Positions 10,567 to 20,200 of a stretch of DNA of 64,000 nt are shown here, piece by piece (the first letter of the stretch is position 1; every line of letters starts with the position of its first letter). The notes under the pieces were generated by a model that was not told the DNA's origin, did no database searches, and saw only the letters and a program-made list of their open reading frames with translations. This DNA is from Candidatus Poribacteria bacterium (GTDB taxonomy: Bacteria > Poribacteria > WGA-4E > WGA-3G): assembly GCA_965198235.1 (NCBI GenBank), contig OZ240248.1, positions 2,752,001-2,816,000 on the forward strand, given 5' to 3'. The position numbers were made by a program, and so were the translations under genes.

Positions 10567-11032
10567 GGATACTAATACTCTTCTTGTAAAACCAGAGTTA
10601 TCTGAGTCTGTTAATACAACTGTAAATATAGGACAGAAAGAATTCTATAAGCAAATCATCCAGTATTGGCAAAGGCGTGAAATTTTAGATCGGTTTGATG
10701 TTCTCGCACAACGGAAAGACAACTGGGATGGGTATGAATCCAAAAAACCAACCCAACCGACCCTAGATCATGCGAAGAATCTTATCGAAGAATTGTTTGA
10801 TTCTATCATTTCTGCCGGACATTTGTGGCTCACGCCCTTCATCTCCAGCGATGAAGATGGCTATATAACTGCAGAATGGTATGAAAAAGGACGACAATTA
10901 CATATCCAAATCGGAGAAAATGAGACAGAGTATCTCCAAGTATGGGGGATAAATATTGATACGGAGATGCACGAGAGTTTTCTTAGCCGTGACAATTATC
11001 TAACGCTTTGGGAATGGTTACTTCATGGGTAA
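10460..11032 (+). CDS. Hypothetical protein with DNWDGY motif, typical TIGR04255 neighbour (start uncertain, probably near 10563)
   Basis: LAQRKDNWDGYESKKPT...PFISSDEDGYITAEW; overlaps the start of the next gene. Confidence 0.6.
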   Translation: MTYLQDVMHSSDSVGTSSSGVSQTIYGMPWEDQSYEDTNTLLVKPELSESVNTTVNIGQKEFYKQIIQYWQRREILDRFDVLAQRKDNWDGYESKKPTQPTLDHAKNLIEELFDSIISAGHLWLTPFISSDEDGYITAEWYEKGRQLHIQIGENETEYLQVWGINIDTEMHESFLSRDNYLTLWEWLLHG

Positions 11033-11348
11033 AAACGATTCCGTACGGGATGATGAGTTGCTATATCGAAGTGTACGAAGTGAATCAGAAGTCGAAGAAT
11101 ATTTTTTTGACAGAGGGAAGCTTATAATTCGCCCAGCGGCTTTTAATGATAAACGTAAAAAACCATCTGTGGATAGAGCAGAGCTAAGAGAATTCGATCC
11201 AGAAAACTACGCCCACTCACAAATTATTGTGGCTCCTGAATTTTTTGGCACAGGTAGCAAACAAAAGAGTACATTTAAAAAATTGCGGGTTGCACTTGCT
11301 ACACTGGCAACTGAAAACGGATGGAGATTAGAACCACAGGCGAATTAG
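11025..11348 (+). CDS. Hypothetical protein, possibly internally deleted
   Basis: DDELLYRSV...AAFND...PSVDR...DPENYAHSQI; translationally coupled to the upstream gene. Confidence 0.5.
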   Translation: MGKNDSVRDDELLYRSVRSESEVEEYFFDRGKLIIRPAAFNDKRKKPSVDRAELREFDPENYAHSQIIVAPEFFGTGSKQKSTFKKLRVALATLATENGWRLEPQAN

Positions 11349-11537
11349 GAAGGGATACCAAAGGAAAACGGGCGGATATAGAAATCCGCCTTTACAATTT
11401 AAAGTAGTTTGGTAGTTCTCTGTTCCATGCTTACAGGTATAGAATTTGTCTCCGGTGAAGATATATCTGAGGAAACAAATCTAAACCTATTCTGGTACCA
11501 AGTCAAAACCTTCACTACAATAGGAAGGAAGTCCAAC

Positions 11538-13505
11538 ATGGCAAAACCGATTAACTACACTGACATTTTAGAAACTGGTGATAGCGGCATCTATGACATC
11601 GAAACGCATGCCGCCGGTCCCGAAGGCAGTCTGCCGCTCACGGCAGAGATGCTCCTCAATCGACCGAGTGGGGACGTATTTGGCTTGACCCACAACGCTG
11701 CTATGGGTTGGGCACCGACGGAACTCCGACGAGAGGAATTCTTAATCCTCAGCACACAGGGAGGTATCCGCGCCCCTGATGGCAGTCCGATCGCGCTCGG
11801 GTATCACACCGGGCATTGGGAAGTGGGACTTCTGATGCAGGCGGTCGCACATGAACTTAAGGAACTCGCGGCGATCCCGTTCGCAGGCTACTGTTCCGAT
11901 CCCTGTGACGGACGGACACAAGGCACCGTCGGTATGATGGACAGTCTCGCATATCGCAACGACGCTGCACAGATTTTTCGTCGCCTCATCCGCTCTCTAC
12001 CAACGCGAAAGGGTGTTGTCGGTGTTGCCACATGCGATAAAGGCTTACCCGCAATGATGATGGCACTCGCCTCAATGCGGGAACTACCAGCTGTCCTCGT
12101 TCCGGGTGGCGTGACGTTGCCACCTACTACAGGGGAAGATGCTGGGAAAATCCAGACGATCGGTGTCCGTTTCGCACACGGTGAGATTAGCCTGCAAGAT
12201 GCAGCGGACATGGGTTGCCGTGCCTGTGCGACCCCCGGTGGAGGCTGTCAATTCTTGGGAACTGCAGCAACATCGCAGGTTGTCGGCGAAGCGTTGGGAA
12301 TGAGTCTGACGCATACAGCATTAGCACCATCCGGACAGAACATCTGGTCGGACATGGGACTCCGTTCCGCACGCGCTGTTGTGAATTTAGCCGCGAAGGG
12401 GTTGACGATGAATGACATCGTTACACCGGAGGCGATTCGGAACGCTATGGTAGTGCATGCAGCGTTTGGCGGTTCCACGAACCTCCTGTTGCATATCCCT
12501 GCGATTGCACATGCTGCCGGCCTCCAACGTCCGACGGTAAACGACTGGACAGAAGTCAATCAAAGCGTACCGCGTCTCGTTGATGTTCTACCGAATGGAC
12601 CTGTTGGACATCCCACAGTGAGAGTCTTCCTCGCCGGTGGCGTGCCTGAGGTGATGCTGCACTTGCGCGAATTGGGGTGCCTCAACGAAAACGTGCTAAC
12701 GGCGACAGGCGAAACCCTCGGTAGCAACCTCGATTGGTGGGCAAACTCTGAACGACGCGCGCGCGTCCGTCAAACACTGGAGGACAAAGATAACATTGCC
12801 CCTGATGAAGTGATTCTGAGTCCGGATGCCGCGAAGGAAGCGGGATTGACGCGCACAGTGACGTTCCCACGCGGCAGTCTTGCCCCAGAAGGGTCTGTCA
12901 TTAAAAGCACTGCCATCGATCCAAGTGTCGTTGATGCCGACGGTGTGTATCGGATGACGGGACCGGCACGGGTCTTTGTCCGAGAATCTGATGCCATACA
13001 GACACTTAAAGGTCAGGGTGAAAGGGATATCCAGCCGGGTGACATCATAGTGCTGTGCTGTCGGGGTCCGCAAGGCACTGGAATGGAGGAAGTTTACCAG
13101 TTGACAGCCGCGTTGAAACACCTTTCCTTCGGTAAAAATATCGCCTTGATTACGGATGCACGGTTCTCTGGTGTGTCAACTGGCGCGTGTATCGGGCACG
13201 TCGGACCGGAGGCACTCGCAGGTGGTCCCATCGGGAAGGTGCTTGATGGCGACATAATTCAGATCGAGATTGATACCCGGCGACTGGAAGGGAGCGTCGA
13301 TCTGGTCGGACACGGCAGCGAACGCTTCGGTGCTGAAGCGGGTGAACAGGTTTTGGCAGCACGCGCACCACGTCCAGATCTCTCGCCAGACGAGGCTTTG
13401 CCAGATGATACGCGCCTTTGGGCAGCATTGCAATCTGTCGGCGGTGGCACATGGGGTGGCTGTGTTTACGACGTAGACGCGATCCTCAACGCTCTAGGCC
13501 GATAA
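11538..13505 (+). CDS. YjhG/YagF-family sugar-acid (D-xylonate) dehydratase, IlvD/Edd family
   Basis: [55 protein letters not shown]; SD AGGAAG before ATG 11538. Confidence 0.9.
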   Translation: MAKPINYTDILETGDSGIYDIETHAAGPEGSLPLTAEMLLNRPSGDVFGLTHNAAMGWAPTELRREEFLILSTQGGIRAPDGSPIALGYHTGHWEVGLLMQAVAHELKELAAIPFAGYCSDPCDGRTQGTVGMMDSLAYRNDAAQIFRRLIRSLPTRKGVVGVATCDKGLPAMMMALASMRELPAVLVPGGVTLPPTTGEDAGKIQTIGVRFAHGEISLQDAADMGCRACATPGGGCQFLGTAATSQVVGEALGMSLTHTALAPSGQNIWSDMGLRSARAVVNLAAKGLTMNDIVTPEAIRNAMVVHAAFGGSTNLLLHIPAIAHAAGLQRPTVNDWTEVNQSVPRLVDVLPNGPVGHPTVRVFLAGGVPEVMLHLRELGCLNENVLTATGETLGSNLDWWANSERRARVRQTLEDKDNIAPDEVILSPDAAKEAGLTRTVTFPRGSLAPEGSVIKSTAIDPSVVDADGVYRMTGPARVFVRESDAIQTLKGQGERDIQPGDIIVLCCRGPQGTGMEEVYQLTAALKHLSFGKNIALITDARFSGVSTGACIGHVGPEALAGGPIGKVLDGDIIQIEIDTRRLEGSVDLVGHGSERFGAEAGEQVLAARAPRPDLSPDEALPDDTRLWAALQSVGGGTWGGCVYDVDAILNALGR

Positions 13506-13547
13506 CCCCTAAAAGCAAATATCACGAAAAATTGGAAAAAACGCGAA

Positions 13548-13594
13548 GCCTGAAACGAAGTGGAAGGGTTTTTGATCGGGTGTTTCTTCAGGGC
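13548..13594 (+). repeat. Short copy of repeat family A
   Basis: GCCTGAAACGAAGTGGAAGGGTTTTTGATCGGGTGTTTCTT resembles the left part of the 63119-63364 element. Confidence 0.6.
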
Positions 13595-13607
13595 TACGGA
13601 GACGAGC

Positions 13608-14018
13608 GTGAAATCCCAGACGAACCTTATCGAACCGCAAGGAAAATTAGAAAATTGGGTGCCGCCTCTTCTGTACATGGCACTCATTTTTGTCATCTCG
13701 TCTTTGGAGCAACCACCACTTCCAATGCCAGAATTTGAGTGGCTGACGATTGACAAACTCTACCATTTTATCGAATACGCCATCCTCGGCGGATTAGTAG
13801 CACGAGCACTTGTGAAGGCGAAACCCTCGGTAGTGCCAGCACGATTGGTGTGGCATGTGGCGGTGGTGTTCTCTATCCTCTACGGTGCAAGTGATGAATG
13901 GCATCAGACCTTTGTCCCCGGCAGATTCGCTACCTTCGCGGACTGGGTCGCAGACGTGTTGGGGGTAATCGGCGGTGTGTTAGGTGTTTATCTCTATTAT
14001 AAGAGAAAGCAGTCTTAA
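13608..14018 (+). CDS. VanZ-family membrane protein
   Basis: DKLYHFIEYAILG, YGASDEWHQTFVPGR, DWVAD; GTG start preceded by GGAG. Confidence 0.85.
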   Translation: MKSQTNLIEPQGKLENWVPPLLYMALIFVISSLEQPPLPMPEFEWLTIDKLYHFIEYAILGGLVARALVKAKPSVVPARLVWHVAVVFSILYGASDEWHQTFVPGRFATFADWVADVLGVIGGVLGVYLYYKRKQS

Positions 14019-14155
14019 TAGTTATCAGTTTGCCTCGCAGTGAGAGTTGTCAGTAACTCGTTTGTGGCAGGTGAGAACGTCTTTACCACCACAAATCTCT
14101 TTAACTGAAAACTAATAACTGAAAGCCTGCGCAGCAGGCGTACTGACAACTATTA
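14018..14155. repeat. Family B heptamer-bracketed palindromic intergenic element
   Basis: GTTATCAGTTTGCCTCGCAGTGAGAGTTGTCAG left arm and ACTGAAAACTAATAACTGAAAGC...CTGACAAC inverted right arm. Confidence 0.6.
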
Positions 14156-14169
14156 AAAAAGGAATTAAC

Positions 14170-14961
14170 ATGCATCCACTTGTTGAATTGAAAGTGCCGG
14201 ATGGTTCTATCGCTGTTCATTGGTTTGAACAGAGCAGTTTTGCGCTGAAGGATTCTGATGGTACTATTGTCCAAATCGACCCTTATTTTCCACGTGAGCG
14301 TCCCGCGGATCGTTTTATTCACACCGAACCACCCCTTGACGAATCAGCACTTCCAACCGATTACGTTCTCTTGACCCATGCGCACGGCGATCACACCTGC
14401 CCAGAATCCATACGCCGGATCTGGGAGACTTCGGACGCGACGCGGTTTGTTGGGCCCGAAGAGAGCGCACGCCAAATCGAGGCAGAGACAGATGTTGCAG
14501 CAGGGAATATTTCAGAGATTCACGCGGGAGAATCAGCGACGCTAAACAGTCTCACTGTACATGCCGTCTATGCCAAGCCCCCTGAAGGCGATGCCTCCGC
14601 TGACATAGCACCACCCGATGTCACACACTTGGGCTATGTGATTGTCAGTAACGGTGTAACGCTCTATTTCAGCGGCGATCCAATCAATAATTTCGCTGAA
14701 CACGACGAACTGATTTCACCAGTGGCGGCATATAAACCGGATATTGGTTTTCTGACGAACCATCCGACCGAAGGTGAGTTTCCGTTCTACGATGGATGCG
14801 TCAAAATGGCAACACGGATTAGACTAAAGCACGCAGTTCCAGGGCATCGCGCTTGTTTTGTCACCCGCGATTACAACCCAAACGAGTGGGCAGATCAGTT
14901 CCCAGCAGGCGGTCCCGAACCGCTTATCATTGAGAGAAATTCACATATTATTTATCAATAG
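14170..14961 (+). CDS. Metallo-beta-lactamase-fold hydrolase (UlaG-like)
   Basis: IDPYF, THAHGDHT (HxHxDH), YFSGD. Confidence 0.85.
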   Translation: MHPLVELKVPDGSIAVHWFEQSSFALKDSDGTIVQIDPYFPRERPADRFIHTEPPLDESALPTDYVLLTHAHGDHTCPESIRRIWETSDATRFVGPEESARQIEAETDVAAGNISEIHAGESATLNSLTVHAVYAKPPEGDASADIAPPDVTHLGYVIVSNGVTLYFSGDPINNFAEHDELISPVAAYKPDIGFLTNHPTEGEFPFYDGCVKMATRIRLKHAVPGHRACFVTRDYNPNEWADQFPAGGPEPLIIERNSHIIYQ

Positions 14962-15075
14962 TTATCGGTTGTCGGCTATCGGCTATCAGTCAAGAGCAGT
15001 TTGTGGCGGTAAAGTGATATGTAACCGCCACAGGTTTCCCTATTGACTGCCGACCGCTGACGGCTGACAGCCACT
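14960..15075. repeat. Family B heptamer-bracketed element
   Basis: GTTATCG GTTGTCG GCTATCG GCTATCA left arm and CTGCCGACCGCTGACGGCTGACAGCC right arm. Confidence 0.7.
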
Positions 15076-15096
15076 AAAAGAGGTACAGATACATAT

Positions 15097-15624
15097 ATGT
15101 CCTTTCAAAAACAAAAAACTCCACTTGTCGGTATAGTCATGGGAAGTGACTCCGACTTAGAAAAGATGGCGGAAGCCGCTAAAGTTTTAGAGGAATTTGA
15201 AGTCCCGTTTGAGATAACCATATCCTCCGCGCACCGTTCACCGGAACGGACGCTTGCGTGGACAGAAAAAATTAAAGCAGAAGGTGGAAAGGTCATCATC
15301 GCTGGTGCTGGACGCGCAGCGCATCTCGCTGGGGTCATCGCGGCACATACGACACTACCGGTCATCGGTGTCCCAGTTGACGGTGGACCGCTCAACGGCG
15401 TTGACGCACTGTATGCAACAGTTCAGATGCCTCCGGGAATTCCCGTGGGAACGATGGCAATCGGATCAGGCGGTGCACGGAATGCCGGGCTATTTGCTAT
15501 CCAAATTTTGGCGACCCAATCCCCTGAACTGGAAGAAAAACTGTTAGTCTACAAAACAAAATTGAGCGATGGTGTCGCAGAGAAAGCGGCACGTCTTCAA
15601 GAGGTTGGCTATCAGAATTATTAG
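15097..15624 (+). CDS. purE: N5-carboxyaminoimidazole ribonucleotide mutase
   Basis: MGSDSD, SAHRSP, AGAGRAAHLAG, VQMPPGIPV. Confidence 0.97.
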   Translation: MSFQKQKTPLVGIVMGSDSDLEKMAEAAKVLEEFEVPFEITISSAHRSPERTLAWTEKIKAEGGKVIIAGAGRAAHLAGVIAAHTTLPVIGVPVDGGPLNGVDALYATVQMPPGIPVGTMAIGSGGARNAGLFAIQILATQSPELEEKLLVYKTKLSDGVAEKAARLQEVGYQNY

Positions 15625-15762
15625 AGATCGGGAGCGTCGGAAAACTTCGGCGAACTTGTATTCAACGTGTATATCTTCTCGACACGATTTGCCAGAGCGT
15701 CCAAACCTAATCGGCGCGGCGCGTCGAAGGGCGTAGCAGTCGAACGCAGTGCTCAGGATTAA

Positions 15763-15927
15763 CTGGAAACCTGCCTGAAAGAAATCGGGGTTACAAACCC
15801 CTCCCACAGTGAAAGGGTTTTTGCTTAAGAAATCCGCAGAAATACCCAAGCAAGGGGAAACGCCCAAGCAAAAACACCCCAAGCAAAAACGGTGTTTCTT
15901 TGCCCAGGAGTAATAAATTAAAAAATG
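15763..15927 (+). repeat. Family A element ending in the SD and ATG of the downstream gene
   Basis: GGGGTTACAAACCCC hairpin, GGGTTTTTGCTTAAG, AGAAATCCGC and CCCAAGCAAAAAC units, CGGTGTTTCTTTGCCCAGGAG...AATTAAAAAATG; nearly identical flanks to 45200-45312 on the minus strand. Confidence 0.85.
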
Positions 15928-16599
15928 GAAACCTTTGAGTGGAACAACGATACAGAACTGTTTGATATAATGGAAAAGCAGTTATACGCCGCTGTGATTT
16001 CGGATGCACTTGATACAGTCGGTTACCGCGAACAGGCACTGCGACATACCATCCGTCCCCTTCACCCAGAGACAGTTGTCGTAGGTCGCGCAATGCCTGT
16101 GCTGTGTGTGGATGTCTACGAGATTCCAAGTGAACCGTATCAGCAGGAAATCGCAGCGGTGGATAGCCTTAAACAGGACGATGTGTTCGTCTGCTCTACG
16201 GACCAGAGTACCCGTAACTGTATTTGGGGAGAGCTCCTCTCAACGGCAGCACGGGCGCGCGGCGCGCGTGGTGCTATCATTGACGGGTTTATCCGAGATG
16301 CTCGCCAGATCTTAGCAATGGGGTTTCCCATGTTTACAACAGGGTTGTCCCCTGTCGACTCTAATGGACGCGGCGATGTGGTCGCTTATAACGTTCCGAT
16401 TGAATGCGGTGGTGTTACGGTTAATCCTGGCGATATCGTGTTCGGTGATGCAGACGGAGTTGTTGTTATCCCGCAAGCAGTAGAAATAGACGTGCTTGAA
16501 GCTGCGTTTGCAAAGGTAGCGGGTGAAAACCGGACTCGTGATGAACTCCGTGCTGGCGCGACGCTGCGGGAAGTTTATGACAAATACGGGATTCTGTGA
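15925..16599 (+). CDS. RraA/HMG-aldolase family protein
   Basis: ISDALD, IWGELLS, GAIIDGFIRD, PGDIVFGDADGVVVIP. Confidence 0.9.
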   Translation: METFEWNNDTELFDIMEKQLYAAVISDALDTVGYREQALRHTIRPLHPETVVVGRAMPVLCVDVYEIPSEPYQQEIAAVDSLKQDDVFVCSTDQSTRNCIWGELLSTAARARGARGAIIDGFIRDARQILAMGFPMFTTGLSPVDSNGRGDVVAYNVPIECGGVTVNPGDIVFGDADGVVVIPQAVEIDVLEAAFAKVAGENRTRDELRAGATLREVYDKYGIL

Positions 16600-16770
16600 T
16601 GAATAGATTAGATTGAGGCACAGGGACCTCGTCTAAGAAAGAAAATTAAAAAGAGGAAGCTTGAATTTTTTAGAAAAAGCATGTAAGCCCAACCAACGGG
16701 CCGGGCTGGATATACGGAGAGGGACGTTCTTCGCAAACCTGCCTGAACGAACCGCAAGGAAAATTAAAAA

Positions 16771-17100
16771 ATGATTTATGAATTGCGCACCTATCAGGTT
16801 GTACCGGGGAAGATGAAAAACCTGAACGACCGGTTTGCAAACATCACCGTTCCGCTGTTCGAGAAGCACGGAATGAAGGTTATCGGGTTTTGGGAAACGG
16901 CTATTGGAGAGGCAACGACAACGGAACTTGTCTATATGCTCGCTTTTGAAGATCTCGGGCACTACCAGCGTGCGTGGGATGCATTCATCGCTGATCCCGC
17001 GTGGCAAGCGGCGAAACGCCTGACAGAAGTGGGCGGTCCGTTGGTAAACGTGGCGAGTTCCAAGATCCTTGAACCAACAGATTATTCGCCACTTCAGTAG
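16771..17100 (+). CDS. NIPSNAP-family protein
   Basis: MIYELRTY, GMKVIGFW, FIADPAW, LEPTDYSP. Confidence 0.9.
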   Translation: MIYELRTYQVVPGKMKNLNDRFANITVPLFEKHGMKVIGFWETAIGEATTTELVYMLAFEDLGHYQRAWDAFIADPAWQAAKRLTEVGGPLVNVASSKILEPTDYSPLQ

Positions 17101-17182
17101 TTAACTAAAGTTTGGACAATTCCCTGTAGGAATTAGCGATCAGCGGTCAGTCTCCTAACCGTACAGATTCTTATTGCCATCA

Positions 17183-17236
17183 AAATTCACCAAAAACCAT
17201 CGTGGAACGATGCGCGGAGGCCCATAGTTAGAAAAA
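17183..17236 (+). repeat. Family C hairpin element
   Basis: AATTCACCAAAAACCATCGTGGAACGATG...CCCATAGTTAGAAAAA; reverse-complement copy at 25503-25556. Confidence 0.75.
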
Positions 17237-17247
17237 TTCAAACGCAC

Positions 17248-20200
17248 TCAGCGTAATATGGCGAGTTTCCCCACCTGTTCGATTCGACTTCTATCTTCTG
17301 TGTGAGCGATGACGCGATACAGATACACACCATTGGCACATCGCATTCCTGTCTCGTCTCTCCCATCCCAACGGGTCTCATTGGCACCTCGATTTGCGCT
17401 GGCATCGACAAGCGTACGGAGAAGTCTACCGTTGACGCTGTAAATTTTAATTGTGACGGTGTCCGGTGCTTGTGCGAAGTGATAGGTGAAAAAGGTCTTT
17501 CCATCGACCGTGGGATTCGGGACATTGAAAACCTCGCTGAGTGTGACTTCCTCATTTAAGATGAAGGTCGTAACAAGTTCCGCCGTATTTTCGCTGGTAT
17601 CCGTAGCGGTGATATGGAGCTGATACTCGCCATTCGCAAGGTCTGGGGCATAGGTGATAGCGGCATCTGTGGGAACAGCGGGATCGAAGGTTTCAGCGTA
17701 ATCGCTCGCGTCCAGCGGTTCAGGTGTCTCATACACACTTCCAAAATTGAGACGAAAAGCGGTTTCATCAAGCGCGCTATCATCGGTAAGGGTAATCTTG
17801 AAGCGGGATTGTTCTGTAAGTACTGTCCCGTCTATCAAAGGTTCATCAAGTGGCTCGCGCGTCGAACCTGTACCGAGCGCAGTAACCCGGATGTCAATAG
17901 TAGGTGGCGTGAGATCTGGGGCTTCAGTGACAAAAAATCTGTAGATGACAACCCCCTCGTCGCCCCCGATGGTGTTCCCATTGAAATCCTGTGCCGTGAT
18001 AGTGAAGATATACTCGCCGGGAAAGAGAATCGGTTGGTAATCAATCGGCACCGTTTGAAAACCACCCTGCGTGCGGAGTTCATAGTCAGTAATCAACTCA
18101 AGAGGACCGCTGTCCTTTTGTCTTACGATTGAGAGAAACTCAGTATCAATACCATTTGTATCCTGTAACACAATAGAGATACTCGGGCGTGGCGGAATCA
18201 CACTGCCGGTCTGCGGTTGGATACCGTCCACCCATATACTGAAGGCAGGAGGTTCGCTGTCGGTACTCCGCATAAGCGCAAAGTGTGTGAGTTCGCTGAC
18301 CTTTGCCGCTATAGTCCCAACCCGTGCGGTGCTGAATTTCACCTTATCACCGAAGTTAAAGTTCTCAGAGCTTGCGGTGACGATGAGATCCAATCCAAGA
18401 TGGCTGAGGTAAAGGGGTTCATTCACCTTACCTCGGACTTTGACTCCGTTTGGATGATGGATTGGCTCGCCGGAGGCATCGCGGAGTTCGTAACGGACAG
18501 AGTCGGTAAAAAACATAAACCAATCGCCAATCTCAAATTCTCCCTTGGGTCCAGGGCGGCTGTTTACTGTTGCGTTACCATTGCCGAGATTGGCATTCCA
18601 CGTGCGGGTGAGAATGACATCACCTCCGGGGTCATAGTCGGTTTCAAAAGCGAGAATGTCAGCGAATTCAAAGGCGTAGTTGACTCCCAGCGGTGTGCTT
18701 TCTTTCCTCGGAATTCGTACTTCCAAGCCGAACCCTTCCTCCCTGAATGGATTGTCCAATTGCCCGGACTTATCAAGTTTCTGTATGAGTGATTCTCCCT
18801 TACGTTTGAGAAACACTTCGTATTCATCGGAATCTAAAAACAGTAGTATCCAAGTACCAGCAGGAGTGAGATTCGGGTTGATGGTGATGGCGGAAGCCTC
18901 CAATTCCTGTTCGCTCGCATTCTCCATTTGCGTGGGCGTGACGTAGTTCTCGAGCAGAAATTCGCTGTCAGAGGTGTAATTAATCTGTGATGACAGGCGG
19001 CGCCATGCCGAAAAATCTGTTTGCCATGCGTAGATTGCCAACTGATTGGCGAGTTCCGCTAATGCGGTTTTAAATGCGGGGTTGTCGGGTTGGAGCAATG
19101 TCTCTTCCCGCACGGTATCTTCCAAAGCACTCACATCAAAGCGGAGTTTGACCTCGGCAGGTTTCTTGAGTACCCTTACACCTGTGCGAAAAGCAGGTTC
19201 GTAATATTGCGCAACCTCTGTTCCCTGACGAATAAGTCCACGTCGGAGCGCAGCGACGCGAGGAATAGGTGCGAATTGGAGATCCGGTTGAGATGGGTCG
19301 GTAGGCAACTGTGAAGAAACAGAGAGTGGTATACCTGCCTTATTCTGTGGTTCAGTGTCGAGCGCGCTCGCAGGAAAATGGATGTCAAACACCCTATCCA
19401 AACTAAACGCTGTCAACTCCTCTTGCGGTTTATAGTTAAACTCATTGACGATAAAAGAGACGTGTTGTTTGTTATCAAACTGGCGTGATTCTTGGATGTT
19501 TCCGATAATTTTGTCCTCGATCTCCGGATCATCGGGATCCGCGAAAACATAAATCTTGTGTACGCCTGTTGCGAGGGGTTTGTCAAGATCCAACGTTGCA
19601 GTCACGCGTTGCAACGCGTATGTGCCATCCACCCAATCGGTGGATTTAAGGGTTACGCGTCCTATAATGTCGGCATCTTCGTCAATTACGCTATCCCCCT
19701 CCGTATCCGGATTACCCTCAGCAAATACCACCTCAATATCGAATCGAACCGGACGTCCACCAATGTTAACGATTTCTCCGACGAGTTGATAGCCGTTCTT
19801 TTCCTCATCAAACGTATATTGAATAGGTGCCCTGTCGGCTTTGTCCGTGCCAATTGCGATGTTGGGACCCTCAGGCACTCTGACGATCTTACGTTCCGTT
19901 TTTGACGGAATAGCGAGTTCGTGTCCCGTGCTATCCGTAATGAGAAGTCGATAGCGTACTTGCCGTCCGCCCTGTGGCAGTGGTATAGTTTTTTCGAGCT
20001 CATACCACTGTCCGCCGAGGGGTACATCGCCGAGAGGTGCTCGCGCAGGGATCATAGGTATGATCTCGTCTTCAAAGGTAGCGGTGTCATCCCATAATAC
20101 TTTTATACTTCGTATACCGCCTGGTCCTTTATCATCAACAACAAGCACACTAATACTGAGCGTATCTGTGACTTTAATATCAAGGGTTTCTCGGATGTCG

